NCBI GenBank assembly: GCA_031268175.1
Contig: JAIRXR010000011.1
Location: 27,908 to 91,907, forward strand
Length of the DNA stretch: 64,000 bases
Direction: 5' to 3'
DNA from: Puniceicoccales bacterium
Lineage (GTDB): Bacteria > Verrucomicrobiota > Verrucomicrobiia > Opitutales > JAIRKQ01
Part shown: one piece after another, positions 26,465 to 36,084 of the stretch
How the letters are laid out: the number at the start of each line of letters is the position of its first letter
How positions within the stretch are numbered: position 1 is the stretch's first letter
The notes under the pieces: model-generated
Seen by the model: only the letters and a program-made list of their open reading frames with translations
Database searches by the model: none
Told to the model about the DNA's origin: nothing
Program-made: the position numbers and the translations under genes

Positions 26465-26668
26465 TCGCCGCGGTTATGCGGATTGCACAGTCGCCAGTCA
26501 ATATAAAAATTCGCACCGGTTGTGAAATTCTCCGGCGAAAATTTGCCTTTGGGAAGCATACTCCGCGGAGGTGCCATGGGGGCCTTCGATCCCCTCTATG
26601 GGCGCAATCCACCTGCTCTGCTCGCCGCTTCGCCTTTGGCGGTTGCGCAAAAATTAACACGCTCACTT

Positions 26669-28813
26669 TCAGGTACAAGCGCTGCCAAATTTCAGCGGGG
26701 TGCGCATCCTGAATTCCGCCTGCTTGCCATCGTTCCACTGCTGAACCGGGCGCAAATAGCCAACGATGCGGGAATATACCTCGGTTTGCTTACCGCAATG
26801 AGGACAGCCCTTTTGCTCACCGGCCAGGTATCCATGCTCTGGGCATATGGAAAACGTTGGCGTGAGTGAGTAGTACGGCAATTTATAGTTTTCCGCGATT
26901 TTTCGAACGAGATTTTTGACGGTCTCCGTATCGGAAACTCTCTCTCCGAGGAACGCGTGGACAACCGTTCCGCCGGTAAACTTCGTCTGCAATTCGTCTT
27001 GGTGATCCAGCACGGCAAATAAATCATCGGTAAAATTAACAGGGACGTGGATGGAGTTCGTGTAGTATGGAACGTCATTTTTCTCCAGCTGGTTTTTCTC
27101 ATTGGCTGCCTTTATGTCCCTAAATTTTGATTTGTCTTTCCTCGCCAACCGAAAGGACGTGCCCTCAGCCGGCGTGGCCTCCAAATTATAGTGGTTACCG
27201 GTCTCCTTCTGGAACTCGATTATTCTTACGCGCATGAAATCCAAAACCTCGAGGGCGAAGGCCTTACCCTCATCGCTGGTTATTGTTTTGCCGAGGAAAT
27301 TTAGGCATGCCTCATTCATGCCGACCAACCCGATCGTTGAAAAATGATTTTTCCAAAACTTACCGAATCTCGCCTTGATGTCGCTCAAGTAGAACGTCGT
27401 GTATGGATACAGGTTCGAAGCCGTCAGTTTTTCCAACAGACTTCTTTTTATTTCCAGGCTTTCCTTGGCGGTCTCCATCAGCGAAGACAGGCGCGCCAAA
27501 AACTCTTCTTTCGTTCCGGTGAGATACCCTATTCTCGGCATGTTTATCGTGACAACGCCGACGCTACCGGTCAGCGGATTCGCTCCGAACAAACCACCAC
27601 CGCGCTTTTCCAGTTGCGTGTTGTCAATGCGCAGACGGCAGCACATGGAGCGCGTATCGTCCGGGTTCATGTCGGAATTTATGAAATTCGAAAAATATGG
27701 GATGCCATACTTGCCGGTCATTTCCCATAGGCCCTTCAAATTTTCATTGTCCCAGTCGAAATCCTTGGTGAGATTTATCGTCGGAATGGGGAATGTCATT
27801 ATGCGGCCGCGGGCATCACCCTCTGTCATAACCTCGAACAGCGCCCGGTTAAAGATGTCCATTTCCCTTTGAAATTCGGAGTACTTTTCCCGTCTGAATT
27901 CGCCGCCGATCATAACCGGCTCACTAGCAAAATGCTTGGGGCAAAACAGGTCGAGCGTAATGTTGGTGAACGGCGTTTGAAAACCAACGCGCGTTGGAAC
28001 ATTAATGTTGAATACGAACTCCTGCAGTGCCTGTTTCACACTTTCAAAGGTCAGATTGTCGTATCTGATGAACGGAGACATCAGCGTGTCGAAATTCGAA
28101 AATGCCTGTGCTCCGGCGGCCTCGCCCTGCAGAGTGTAGAAAAAATTGACAACCTGCCCCAGTGCCGTTCGAAAGTGCTTCGGCGGCTTTGCCTCCGTTT
28201 TTCCAGGAACACCGCAGAAGCCTTCCTTAAGCAGGGATGCCAGATCCCACCCGACGCAGTAGACGGACAGCTGATTCAAATCGTGGATATGAAATTCGCC
28301 GGATTCGTGGGCACCTTTTATGTGCTCTGGATAGACACTGTTCAGCCAATATGTTTGGCTGAGAGCCCCCGATAGGTAGTGGTTCAACCCCTGCAGAGAG
28401 TAGCACATATTGCTGTTTTCACGCACTTCCCAATCGAGGCGCGAAATGTACTGATTCACCCTGTCGACTTCCGCCAGCGTGGCAGAACCTTCGGCGCGGT
28501 TACGTCTGTCACGAGCCAAAATGAACGTTTTCGCCGTGTTTTTATATGGCGATGCCAGCAAAATTTGCTCGATGAAATTTTCTATTTCCGCAATGGGGAC
28601 AGTTTCCCCATTTGGATCTTCCCAAATTTTTGAAATCACAGCGCGAGACAAATCCCAGGCCGCCCTTTGGCCGTACTCACCGGTGGTTTTCCCAGCCTCC
28701 GTGAGGACCTGAAAAATTTGGTTGTGCAAAACCGCTTCGGATGCTACTTCAGCTGGCGCATTCACCGCCGTCTGTGGATTTAAATGCTTACTCATCGACA
28801 TCTTCTTTCTCAA
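26669..28813 (-). CDS. nrdD: Anaerobic ribonucleoside-triphosphate reductase (class III)
   Basis: A 714-aa protein with a C-terminal Zn ribbon CPEHG...CPHCG and the glycyl-radical motif SRIVGYLRPV. The ATP-cone-like N-terminus is typical of NrdD. Confidence 0.92.
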   Translation of the reverse strand: MRKKMSMSKHLNPQTAVNAPAEVASEAVLHNQIFQVLTEAGKTTGEYGQRAAWDLSRAVISKIWEDPNGETVPIAEIENFIEQILLASPYKNTAKTFILARDRRNRAEGSATLAEVDRVNQYISRLDWEVRENSNMCYSLQGLNHYLSGALSQTYWLNSVYPEHIKGAHESGEFHIHDLNQLSVYCVGWDLASLLKEGFCGVPGKTEAKPPKHFRTALGQVVNFFYTLQGEAAGAQAFSNFDTLMSPFIRYDNLTFESVKQALQEFVFNINVPTRVGFQTPFTNITLDLFCPKHFASEPVMIGGEFRREKYSEFQREMDIFNRALFEVMTEGDARGRIMTFPIPTINLTKDFDWDNENLKGLWEMTGKYGIPYFSNFINSDMNPDDTRSMCCRLRIDNTQLEKRGGGLFGANPLTGSVGVVTINMPRIGYLTGTKEEFLARLSSLMETAKESLEIKRSLLEKLTASNLYPYTTFYLSDIKARFGKFWKNHFSTIGLVGMNEACLNFLGKTITSDEGKAFALEVLDFMRVRIIEFQKETGNHYNLEATPAEGTSFRLARKDKSKFRDIKAANEKNQLEKNDVPYYTNSIHVPVNFTDDLFAVLDHQDELQTKFTGGTVVHAFLGERVSDTETVKNLVRKIAENYKLPYYSLTPTFSICPEHGYLAGEQKGCPHCGKQTEVYSRIVGYLRPVQQWNDGKQAEFRMRTPLKFGSACT

Positions 28814-28893
28814 CTAAAATCTAAATTAAAAGCACCTGGCAAATCAAAAAAATACTACATGCGGTGCACAAATTTGATTTTTGCTACTATATA

Positions 28894-28907
28894 TAGTAAA
28901 ATGCGTT
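28894..28907. promoter_or_regulatory. Putative NrdR box upstream of nrdD
   Basis: A perfect 14-bp palindrome TACTATATATAGTA lies 81 nt upstream of the nrdD start and resembles the NrdR-box core (acaCwAtATaTwGtgt). A weaker half-related site, ATACTACATGCGGTG, sits about 41 nt away. Confidence 0.45.
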
Positions 28908-29022
28908 TGTCATCAATTTTCTCAGAAATTTTTTCTGAATTCCGCTGGGCGCGGAGCCGATGAGCCGGAAAATCATAGACACACGGTGCCACGCAGGCTC
29001 GTAGTGCAAACGCAATAGACGA

Positions 29023-29766
29023 TCAGCGATTGCGCATGGCAAGCCTTGCCTCTTCAAGGTTCGCCGGAGTGTCGATGCCTATCGTAGGCGCATCTGCCAC
29101 GACCGTGTCTATGGTATATCCGTTATCCAAAAATCGCAGCTGCTCAAGCGATTCGGCCGCTTCGAGAGCGCTTTCGTGCAAGTTATTGTAATTTTCCAAA
29201 ACCGCGCGCCTATAGCCGTACACACCGATGTGACCAAAAAATTGAAAATTCTCCAGCCACTTTTTCTTGGCAACCCCACGCACAAACGGAATCGGGCTGC
29301 GGGAAAAGTACAGCGCCAGGCCATTGTGGCAAACCGCTACCTTGACGAGGGATGGATCGTCCATGTGCGATTCGTCAATTATTTTAAAAATTGGAGTTAT
29401 GATGTTGGCTGTGCTCGACCGCGCACGCTCGCTTAGAGCAACCAATATTCTGTGGTCCAGCAGCGGTTCGTCACCCTGCACGTTTATTATGAAGTCGCCG
29501 TCGATTTGGTCGAGAGCATGGACGATTCTCGCTGTTCCGCAATAGCACTCCGGCGGTGTCACTATGACATTTGGGCAAAATTCCCTCGCGACAGTCTCGA
29601 CTTCCTCCGAATCTACCAAAATGTAGATCGCATCCGCCACGCGTGCGCGCTCGGCAATTTCGTAAACCCACCGTATGACCGGCTTCCCACACAAATTCGC
29701 CAAAATTTTTCCGGGAAATCTCATGGACGCGAGGTGGGCTGGAATCGCTATGGCAGTCTTCATCAC
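29023..29766 (-). CDS. kdsB: 3-deoxy-manno-octulosonate cytidylyltransferase (CMP-Kdo synthetase)
   Basis: The sequence MMKTAIAIPAHLASMRFPGKILANLCGKPVIRWVYE...NVQGDEPLL...FGHIGVYGYR matches the KdsB signature. Confidence 0.9.
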   Translation of the reverse strand: MMKTAIAIPAHLASMRFPGKILANLCGKPVIRWVYEIAERARVADAIYILVDSEEVETVAREFCPNVIVTPPECYCGTARIVHALDQIDGDFIINVQGDEPLLDHRILVALSERARSSTANIITPIFKIIDESHMDDPSLVKVAVCHNGLALYFSRSPIPFVRGVAKKKWLENFQFFGHIGVYGYRRAVLENYNNLHESALEAAESLEQLRFLDNGYTIDTVVADAPTIGIDTPANLEEARLAMRNR

Positions 29767-29880
29767 CCACAGCTACTAAAGCTTCTCAAAAAATTTGACA
29801 GAAAAATTTTCAAATTTCCGCAAAAACTCGACCAGCCCAGCAGTTCATTCGCGCGTGCCATTCGATCCCGCGATTAAATT

Positions 29881-30421
29881 TTAGCATTTCCAGGCGCCAT
29901 TGCCAATCGACACATTTTCGCCGCTTCGGAGTGCCTTTCGGCCATGCGCAATGCATTTCCAGCGGAAGACTTTGCAAGTCTCTGTCCCATGGGATCGTTG
30001 GCCAGCATAAACGAGCTGACGGCACCAATGTACACCTCGCTCGCTTCGACATAGTCGCCCGCTTCCAGCAGTGATTGCGCTGCTAGCAGCGACGATGCCC
30101 CACGTACGCAAGTCGTTCACATCAAGCGACATATTGCCCCGCGATGCGGCCTCTGCTTTTCGCGTGGATGAATTCTCCTTCGCATCCGTCTACTTTTGCC
30201 AACTCGTCGCTGCCGCGCTCGAAACATTTTCTCGCCTGGTCCAATGCCTTTTCCACGAGAGAATCCCAGCCATTTTTGACCTTTCCGCAACGCTTAGTAA
30301 CTTTTTCGCCTTTTTCCACGCTGAGATGGCTAGGGATCTTAGCGAATGGCGCCTGTGCTGATCCCTCCATCTGCCACTTCGTCACCGCGGCTGATGGGAA
30401 GCGCGAAGTGGGTATGAGCAA
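29881..30421 (-). pseudogene. Possible decayed gene (helical-repeat/TPR-like remnant)
   Basis: ORF 30122..30421(-) stops at ...GQYVA*. A different frame then continues without a start codon as ...LLAAQSLLEAGDYVEASEVYIGAVSSFMLANDPMGQRLAKSSAGNALRMAERHSEAAKMCRLAMAPGNAKI*. No intact ORF spans the 790-bp gap between kdsB and the response regulator. Confidence 0.2.
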
Positions 30422-30557
30422 AGGGAGCTGATTTTTTTGGTACTCACAGCCATAAATCTAATTATAATCGTTAATCGTTAATATTTTTACGCCGGAAGCG
30501 TTATTTTTTCATTTTCGCGGCGTTTTTTGCCCAGGCGCTAGCGCAGGCAAGCGAACA

Positions 30558-31769
30558 TCACTGCGATTGCAAGCTCTCGCACAGGAATTTTTTATCCATG
30601 TCACCGACCCCAAGTTTCTGCCCGCCGTAGAAAACCACCGCCCCTTCGCAAAAATTTCTCAATTCTCGCACGTTGCCTGGCCATTTGTAGGACAGCAGCA
30701 GAGCCATTGCCTCCGGAGAAAAATCCACGGTGCCTGTGTCATTGACCTTTGCAAAAATCTTCGCGTAGTAATCCAGAAGCAGCGGGATGTCTCCGCGCCT
30801 GTCGCGCAGCGGAGGAATCTCGACCGAAACAACATTCAAGCGGTAGAGCAAATCCTCGCGGAACAGGCCCTGCGCCACAAGCCTCTGCAAATTTTTGTTG
30901 GTGGCGCACACTATGCGTACGTCCACGGAAATATTTTCCGAACTCCCCACTCTACTGAACGTCTTGGTTTCCAAAAAACGAAGCAGCTTGATTTGAGTCT
31001 GAACGTCGATCTCCCCTATCTCATCGAAAAAAATCGTACCACCATTGGCAGCTTCAAACAGGCCGATGCGCCTGCCTTCAGCGCCGGTGAAAGCCCCTTT
31101 TTCGTGGCCAAAAAGCTCACTTTCCAGCAAATTTTTCTGTAGGCTCGCGCAGTGAATCGGGACGAAGGGCCCGTTAGCGCGCCTGCTGAAATGGTGGACG
31201 GCATTGGCGAACAGCTCCTTTCCAGTGCCCGTTTCGCCCTCCAAGAGCACGGTGGCATTGGATTTGGCAACCCTCTCTATGCGGCCGATGGCATCGGCAA
31301 TCGCAGCGGACTTGCCGATTATCGCGTCCGGAGAAAAGCTGGACGATGGCGCAACTACCTTCTTCGCCGCAGCCGGCACTGTGGCCGATGCTTTCTCCTT
31401 GCGTTCTCTCCTAGTGGCAAGCGACCGCCGCATCAGCATTTCCAATTTTTCAAAATCCAGTGGCTTCGTCACGAAATCGTAGGCCCCATGCTTGATCGCT
31501 TCGACAGCGGTCTCAACGGAGCCGTAGGCGGACATCACTATGCATATGGGGTTATAGGGGCGGTGCAGCGCCTCCTCCACAACGAACATTCCATTTTTCC
31601 CGGCCATGCGCAGATCCGTCAATATGATGTCGAATTTTTCATTCCCCATCAGCGACAGCGCCTCGCCGAAATTTTTTGCCAAAAAAATCTCATATTCAGC
31701 GTTTAGCAGCTGCTCCAGCGCATCTCGAGTATTTTTTTCGTCGTCGACTATCAGCAGACTAGGAAGCAT
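30558..31769 (-). CDS. Sigma54-dependent response regulator (REC + AAA+), without a C-terminal HTH
   Basis: REC domain: [14 protein letters not shown]...[17 protein letters not shown]+ domain: [11 protein letters not shown] (Walker A), [10 protein letters not shown] (the GAFTGA sigma54 contact loop) and [10 protein letters not shown]. Only 32 aa follow, so there is no Fis-type HTH. Confidence 0.88.
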   Translation of the reverse strand: MLPSLLIVDDEKNTRDALEQLLNAEYEIFLAKNFGEALSLMGNEKFDIILTDLRMAGKNGMFVVEEALHRPYNPICIVMSAYGSVETAVEAIKHGAYDFVTKPLDFEKLEMLMRRSLATRRERKEKASATVPAAAKKVVAPSSSFSPDAIIGKSAAIADAIGRIERVAKSNATVLLEGETGTGKELFANAVHHFSRRANGPFVPIHCASLQKNLLESELFGHEKGAFTGAEGRRIGLFEAANGGTIFFDEIGEIDVQTQIKLLRFLETKTFSRVGSSENISVDVRIVCATNKNLQRLVAQGLFREDLLYRLNVVSVEIPPLRDRRGDIPLLLDYYAKIFAKVNDTGTVDFSPEAMALLLSYKWPGNVRELRNFCEGAVVFYGGQKLGVGDMDKKFLCESLQSQ

Positions 31770-34700
31770 CCTCTCCCATGTCTCTAGCGAAAAACGGAAT
31801 TTTATCCAAGATTTTTTCCTGAAAATCTTCGAAGTACAGGAAAATTACCGGGAGAATAAATAGCGTTATTATCTGGGAAATTATCAATCCGCCGATCACA
31901 CATAGGCCAAGCGGGCGCCGCGAGGCACCATCCGCTCCCCATCCTGCAGCCAGCGGAATTTGCCCCATCAGAGCGGCCAGCGTGGTCATTATGATTGGGC
32001 GAAACCTTTCCATGCACGCCGTGTGAACCGCCTTTTCCTTGTCCATGCCCTCCTTTTGGCGAGCAATGGCAAAGTCGATCATGAGGATGCCGTTTTTCTT
32101 CACGATGCCAAGAAGCATGAACAACCCGATGAAACCGTACAGTGACAGCTCCATCCTGAAGACGAGCAGCGTCAAAAGGCCTCCGACCATGGCAACGGGC
32201 AGCGCCGACAGCACGGTGAGCGGATGCACGTAGCTTTCGTACATGATGCCAAGGATGATGTACATCACGAACACGGCGAGCACCAGCAATGTAGTAACAC
32301 TTGAAAGCGTTTCCTTGAAAGCCTGCGCCTCTCCCTGGAGTTCGCCTCCAATGTGCGGCGGAATAATTTCAGCGGCTTTTTTCTCTATGAACCCCGTGGC
32401 ATCTCCTATGGGATATCCGGGGTGCAGGTCGAAAAATATGGACACCGACGGCAGGTTGTCCGTGTGATTCACGGACGTTGGCCCCAGAGTTTCGCTCACC
32501 GTTGCGATGGTTTTAAACGGCAGCAAATTGCCGTCCTGCCCCCTAAAATACAGCGCATTCAAGTCATCGGGGTACTGACGAAAAACATCATCGCTCTCAA
32601 CGATAACCTTGTACTGGCGCGTCGGCGTTTTGATTTGATAGCAGAAATTTTCGGAAAACGCCTGCTTCAGCATATTTTCGATGGAGTAGACGCTCACGCC
32701 GTAGCTCGAGGCTTGGGATCGCAGGTAATCTATGGAAACCTGCGGGTTGCTTATGAACAAGTCCGTTGAAATGCTGCCGAACCCCGGATTTTGCCGCATG
32801 GCAGCGACCATCGCACCTGTGCATTTGTAAATTTCATCGGGTTCGACGCCGGATAGTGTATAGGCATACTTTCCCTGATTTGTGCTCACGGCTCCGGTGC
32901 TTATGGACAAATTAGGCATCGGGCGAAAAAATGCAAGTACCCCGGGAATGGCATACAAATCGCGAGCCAGCATCTGCGAAACCTTCTGAATGCTCGGACG
33001 ATTTCCAGTTTTTAGCACGCAAATTGCTATGCCCTGGTTCCCTGGCAGCATACCGGATAGCCCGCTCAGCGACATGGTTTTATCAACGTATGGATTTTTT
33101 CGCATGGCATCGTTGATTTGCATTTGATATTCCCTCATTTGCGCCGGAGAAGTCCCCTCCTGTGCGATGAAAACACCTGACATATTGCCACTATCGCCTT
33201 CCGGCAAAAACGCTTTCGGCAGCGCAACAAACGTTAGAAATGTTCCGACGAGGCTTAGTACCCAAACCACGATCGATAGCCCCTTGTGGACGATGCACCA
33301 GTCCAGTGCCTTGCTGTAAACCTCTAAAAATTTGTGCTCGAGGTTGTGCGATGCAATCTCCAGCCTCGTTTTGTTTTCCTTTTTTACCGGCTTCAGCATG
33401 CGGGCGCACATCATCGGAGTGACGGTCAATGACACAATTCCCGACGCCAAAATTGACACGACGATTGTTATTGAAAATTCCCTGAACACTCGACCTATCT
33501 GCCCCGGCATGAAAACGAGGGGAATGAAAACGGCGGCTAGGGACAGCGTCATGGACATGATTGAAAAGCTGATTTCTTTGGCTCCCTCGATGGACGCCTT
33601 CAGCGGACTTTCTCCAAAATCCTCCATGCGTCGTATCATGTTTTCCAGGAACACGATGGCATCGTCGACGAGAAATCCGATTGCCAGTGTGAGCGCCATG
33701 AGTGACAGGTTGTCGATGCTGTAATTCAGCGCGCGCATCACGACGAACGTTATCAGCAGCGAAAGTGGTAGTGCGACTATGGGGATAATGGTTTCCGTGA
33801 ATCGGCCTATGAACAAAAATATCACACCAACCACTAGAACAAATGCGATTACCAACGTCAGCTTCACGTCGTCTACGGATTCCGCTATTAGCTCCGCCCG
33901 ATCGTACATCTTGACCATGTTGATCGATCCTGGAATCTGCTTTCTAAGAATCGGGAGCAGCTCGTTTATTTTCTTCGACAGTTCCATGGAGTTGGCCCCA
34001 GCCGCACGGGAAATGGCAACCATCACCGATGAACTGTACGGCTCACTGCGGCTGCTTTCCCAGAAACTCATGAAGAAATCATCGGACTCCACCTTGTCGA
34101 CGCAGTCGGCAACGTCCTTTAGGTAAATTGGCGATCCATCCCTATGCGCAATTATCAAATTCAGATAGTCGCTCGCCCGATCCAGCTGACCATTCGGTTT
34201 TAGAACGAAATTTTTGGTTTCTCCTTTCAGCTGCCCCGTGGACAGGGAAACCGTTCCAGCCTGCACAGCCTTGGAGATATCGTCGATCGTTATCCCCTTG
34301 TTGTAAAGTTTTTCGTTGTTTACTAAAATTTTCACCGCTTTTTTGAGCCCGTAGACGGCTGCATCGGACACCCCTTCTATGGTTTTGATGCGCTGGGCGA
34401 TCTGATCGGAAGCGTAGTCGTAAAGATCCCCCCTCGCCATCGTATCGCTGGTTAAAGCGAGGTAGTAAATCGGCTGGCTGTTTGGGTCGGTCTTTTCGAA
34501 TGTCGGAGGAATCGGCATATCGGCCGGCAGCGAGCCAGCGACCCTGGAAATGGCGGCCTGCACATCCATCGCGGCACCGTCTATGTCCTTATCCAGCGCG
34601 AATTGCAAAATTATGCGCGTCGCCCCCTGGGTACTCGATGACGTGACCGTTTCCAGTCCAGAAATTTTCAAAAATTCCTTTTCCAATGGAGAGGCGATAT

Positions 34701-34887
34701 TGGCCGCCATCGCGGTCGGATCCATGCCCGGAAACATGCCCCGCACCTGGATAACGGGATAGTCCACTGCAGGCAAGTCACTGACGGGCATCGTCCGATA
34801 GGAAAATATCCCGGCGATTGCGAACATCAAAGTAAGCAAAACCGTCAGTACAGGCCGCCTAATAAATGGTTCTGATATGCTCTCCAT
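31759..34887 (-). CDS. RND efflux pump inner-membrane transporter (AcrB/HAE1-like)
   Basis: A 1042-aa protein beginning MESISEPFIRRPVLTVLLTL, with 12-TM architecture and two large periplasmic loops. Its stop overlaps the start of the downstream regulator. Confidence 0.93.
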   Translation of the reverse strand: MESISEPFIRRPVLTVLLTLMFAIAGIFSYRTMPVSDLPAVDYPVIQVRGMFPGMDPTAMAANIASPLEKEFLKISGLETVTSSSTQGATRIILQFALDKDIDGAAMDVQAAISRVAGSLPADMPIPPTFEKTDPNSQPIYYLALTSDTMARGDLYDYASDQIAQRIKTIEGVSDAAVYGLKKAVKILVNNEKLYNKGITIDDISKAVQAGTVSLSTGQLKGETKNFVLKPNGQLDRASDYLNLIIAHRDGSPIYLKDVADCVDKVESDDFFMSFWESSRSEPYSSSVMVAISRAAGANSMELSKKINELLPILRKQIPGSINMVKMYDRAELIAESVDDVKLTLVIAFVLVVGVIFLFIGRFTETIIPIVALPLSLLITFVVMRALNYSIDNLSLMALTLAIGFLVDDAIVFLENMIRRMEDFGESPLKASIEGAKEISFSIMSMTLSLAAVFIPLVFMPGQIGRVFREFSITIVVSILASGIVSLTVTPMMCARMLKPVKKENKTRLEIASHNLEHKFLEVYSKALDWCIVHKGLSIVVWVLSLVGTFLTFVALPKAFLPEGDSGNMSGVFIAQEGTSPAQMREYQMQINDAMRKNPYVDKTMSLSGLSGMLPGNQGIAICVLKTGNRPSIQKVSQMLARDLYAIPGVLAFFRPMPNLSISTGAVSTNQGKYAYTLSGVEPDEIYKCTGAMVAAMRQNPGFGSISTDLFISNPQVSIDYLRSQASSYGVSVYSIENMLKQAFSENFCYQIKTPTRQYKVIVESDDVFRQYPDDLNALYFRGQDGNLLPFKTIATVSETLGPTSVNHTDNLPSVSIFFDLHPGYPIGDATGFIEKKAAEIIPPHIGGELQGEAQAFKETLSSVTTLLVLAVFVMYIILGIMYESYVHPLTVLSALPVAMVGGLLTLLVFRMELSLYGFIGLFMLLGIVKKNGILMIDFAIARQKEGMDKEKAVHTACMERFRPIIMTTLAALMGQIPLAAGWGADGASRRPLGLCVIGGLIISQIITLFILPVIFLYFEDFQEKILDKIPFFARDMGEDAS

Positions 34888-34889
34888 CT

Positions 34890-36077
34890 TTACTTAGTGG
34901 TTGGATTTTTTTCGGCGATCTTCCTATTGTGCTCCAAACTTTGTTTGAACACCCCCGTCTGCTGGCTCGGCAATTCCACGACCTTCATCCCCGGTGCGAG
35001 CATCAGCTGGCCGCGCAGGACGACGGCCTCCCCGGCACTGAGCCCGTCTTTTATCAGCAGCATCTCGCCGTGGGTCTGCCCGATCTCGACCATGCGCAAT
35101 CCAACGGACTTGTCTTCACCTATGGTGAAAACGTAGCGGCCCTGCTGCCCGAGTTTAACCGCTTCGATTGGGATGAGGACGGCATCTTTCAGCGTCGCCA
35201 GCAAGACCCTAACGCGCACAGATTGCCCGGGCCAGAATTTGCGGTCCCCATTTGGCATCAGAGCTCTAAGCCTTAGGGACCCGGTCTTCGCGTTTATCGC
35301 ATTGTCGATGAATTTCACCGTCGCATTGCCGCGGACTGCCCCACCCGAAATTGGCGAGACCTCGGCGGACAGTTGGTTGCCACCGTCACCGAAGCACCGC
35401 TGCAAATCGTAGAAATCATTCTCGGAAATTGAAAATTCTACGTACAATTGGTCGACGTTTTCCACGGTTACAAGTGGCTTCCCGATAGACATCGCAACAA
35501 CCACATTCCCAACGTCGATTAGGTATGCCCCGGCCACGCCATCTATTGGTGAGTGGACATTGCAGTGCTCAAGATCTATTCTCGCCTGGTCGACCTGCGC
35601 CTTTGCCTCCTCGACCAGGGCAATATCCTGGGTGACCTGTGATTCGTAGGTTTCGAACTGCTGCTGCGAAACGTAGTTTCTGGAAATCAGCGCCTCCGAT
35701 CTCTCCATCTGCGCCGCATCGACGCGCATCTTCGCCTCCGCGACCTCTAATCTGGCCTCCGCCTTTTTCAAATTCGCCTCGTAGACTTGCGGATCGATCG
35801 CGTAGAGCTGGTCTCCGGCTTTTACGGCCTGCCCCTGCTCAAAGCTAACGGCTATGATCTGCCCGCTAACCTGTGGGACGACGGCGACGGACTCGCTGGA
35901 AACGCAACGACCGATCGTCTCTATGTACAGCGGGACGTCGGCGGAGATCGCTACGGTCGACACAACGGGAGTTGGAGGTCTGGCCATTTGCGCTTTCTTT
36001 CCGCAGCCCCCAGCGAACACCAGCGCCACTGCAACCATCGCAGTGCAAGCTATGTTTAAAATTTTCATATCCTTCAA
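34890..36077 (-). CDS. RND efflux periplasmic adaptor (MFP, HlyD_D23-like) lipoprotein
   Basis: Lipobox ALVFAGGC, a coiled-coil hairpin and beta-barrel regions. It lies 3 nt upstream of the RND gene. Confidence 0.9.
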   Translation of the reverse strand: MKDMKILNIACTAMVAVALVFAGGCGKKAQMARPPTPVVSTVAISADVPLYIETIGRCVSSESVAVVPQVSGQIIAVSFEQGQAVKAGDQLYAIDPQVYEANLKKAEARLEVAEAKMRVDAAQMERSEALISRNYVSQQQFETYESQVTQDIALVEEAKAQVDQARIDLEHCNVHSPIDGVAGAYLIDVGNVVVAMSIGKPLVTVENVDQLYVEFSISENDFYDLQRCFGDGGNQLSAEVSPISGGAVRGNATVKFIDNAINAKTGSLRLRALMPNGDRKFWPGQSVRVRVLLATLKDAVLIPIEAVKLGQQGRYVFTIGEDKSVGLRMVEIGQTHGEMLLIKDGLSAGEAVVLRGQLMLAPGMKVVELPSQQTGVFKQSLEHNRKIAEKNPTTK

Positions 36078-36084
36078 TATTGCA

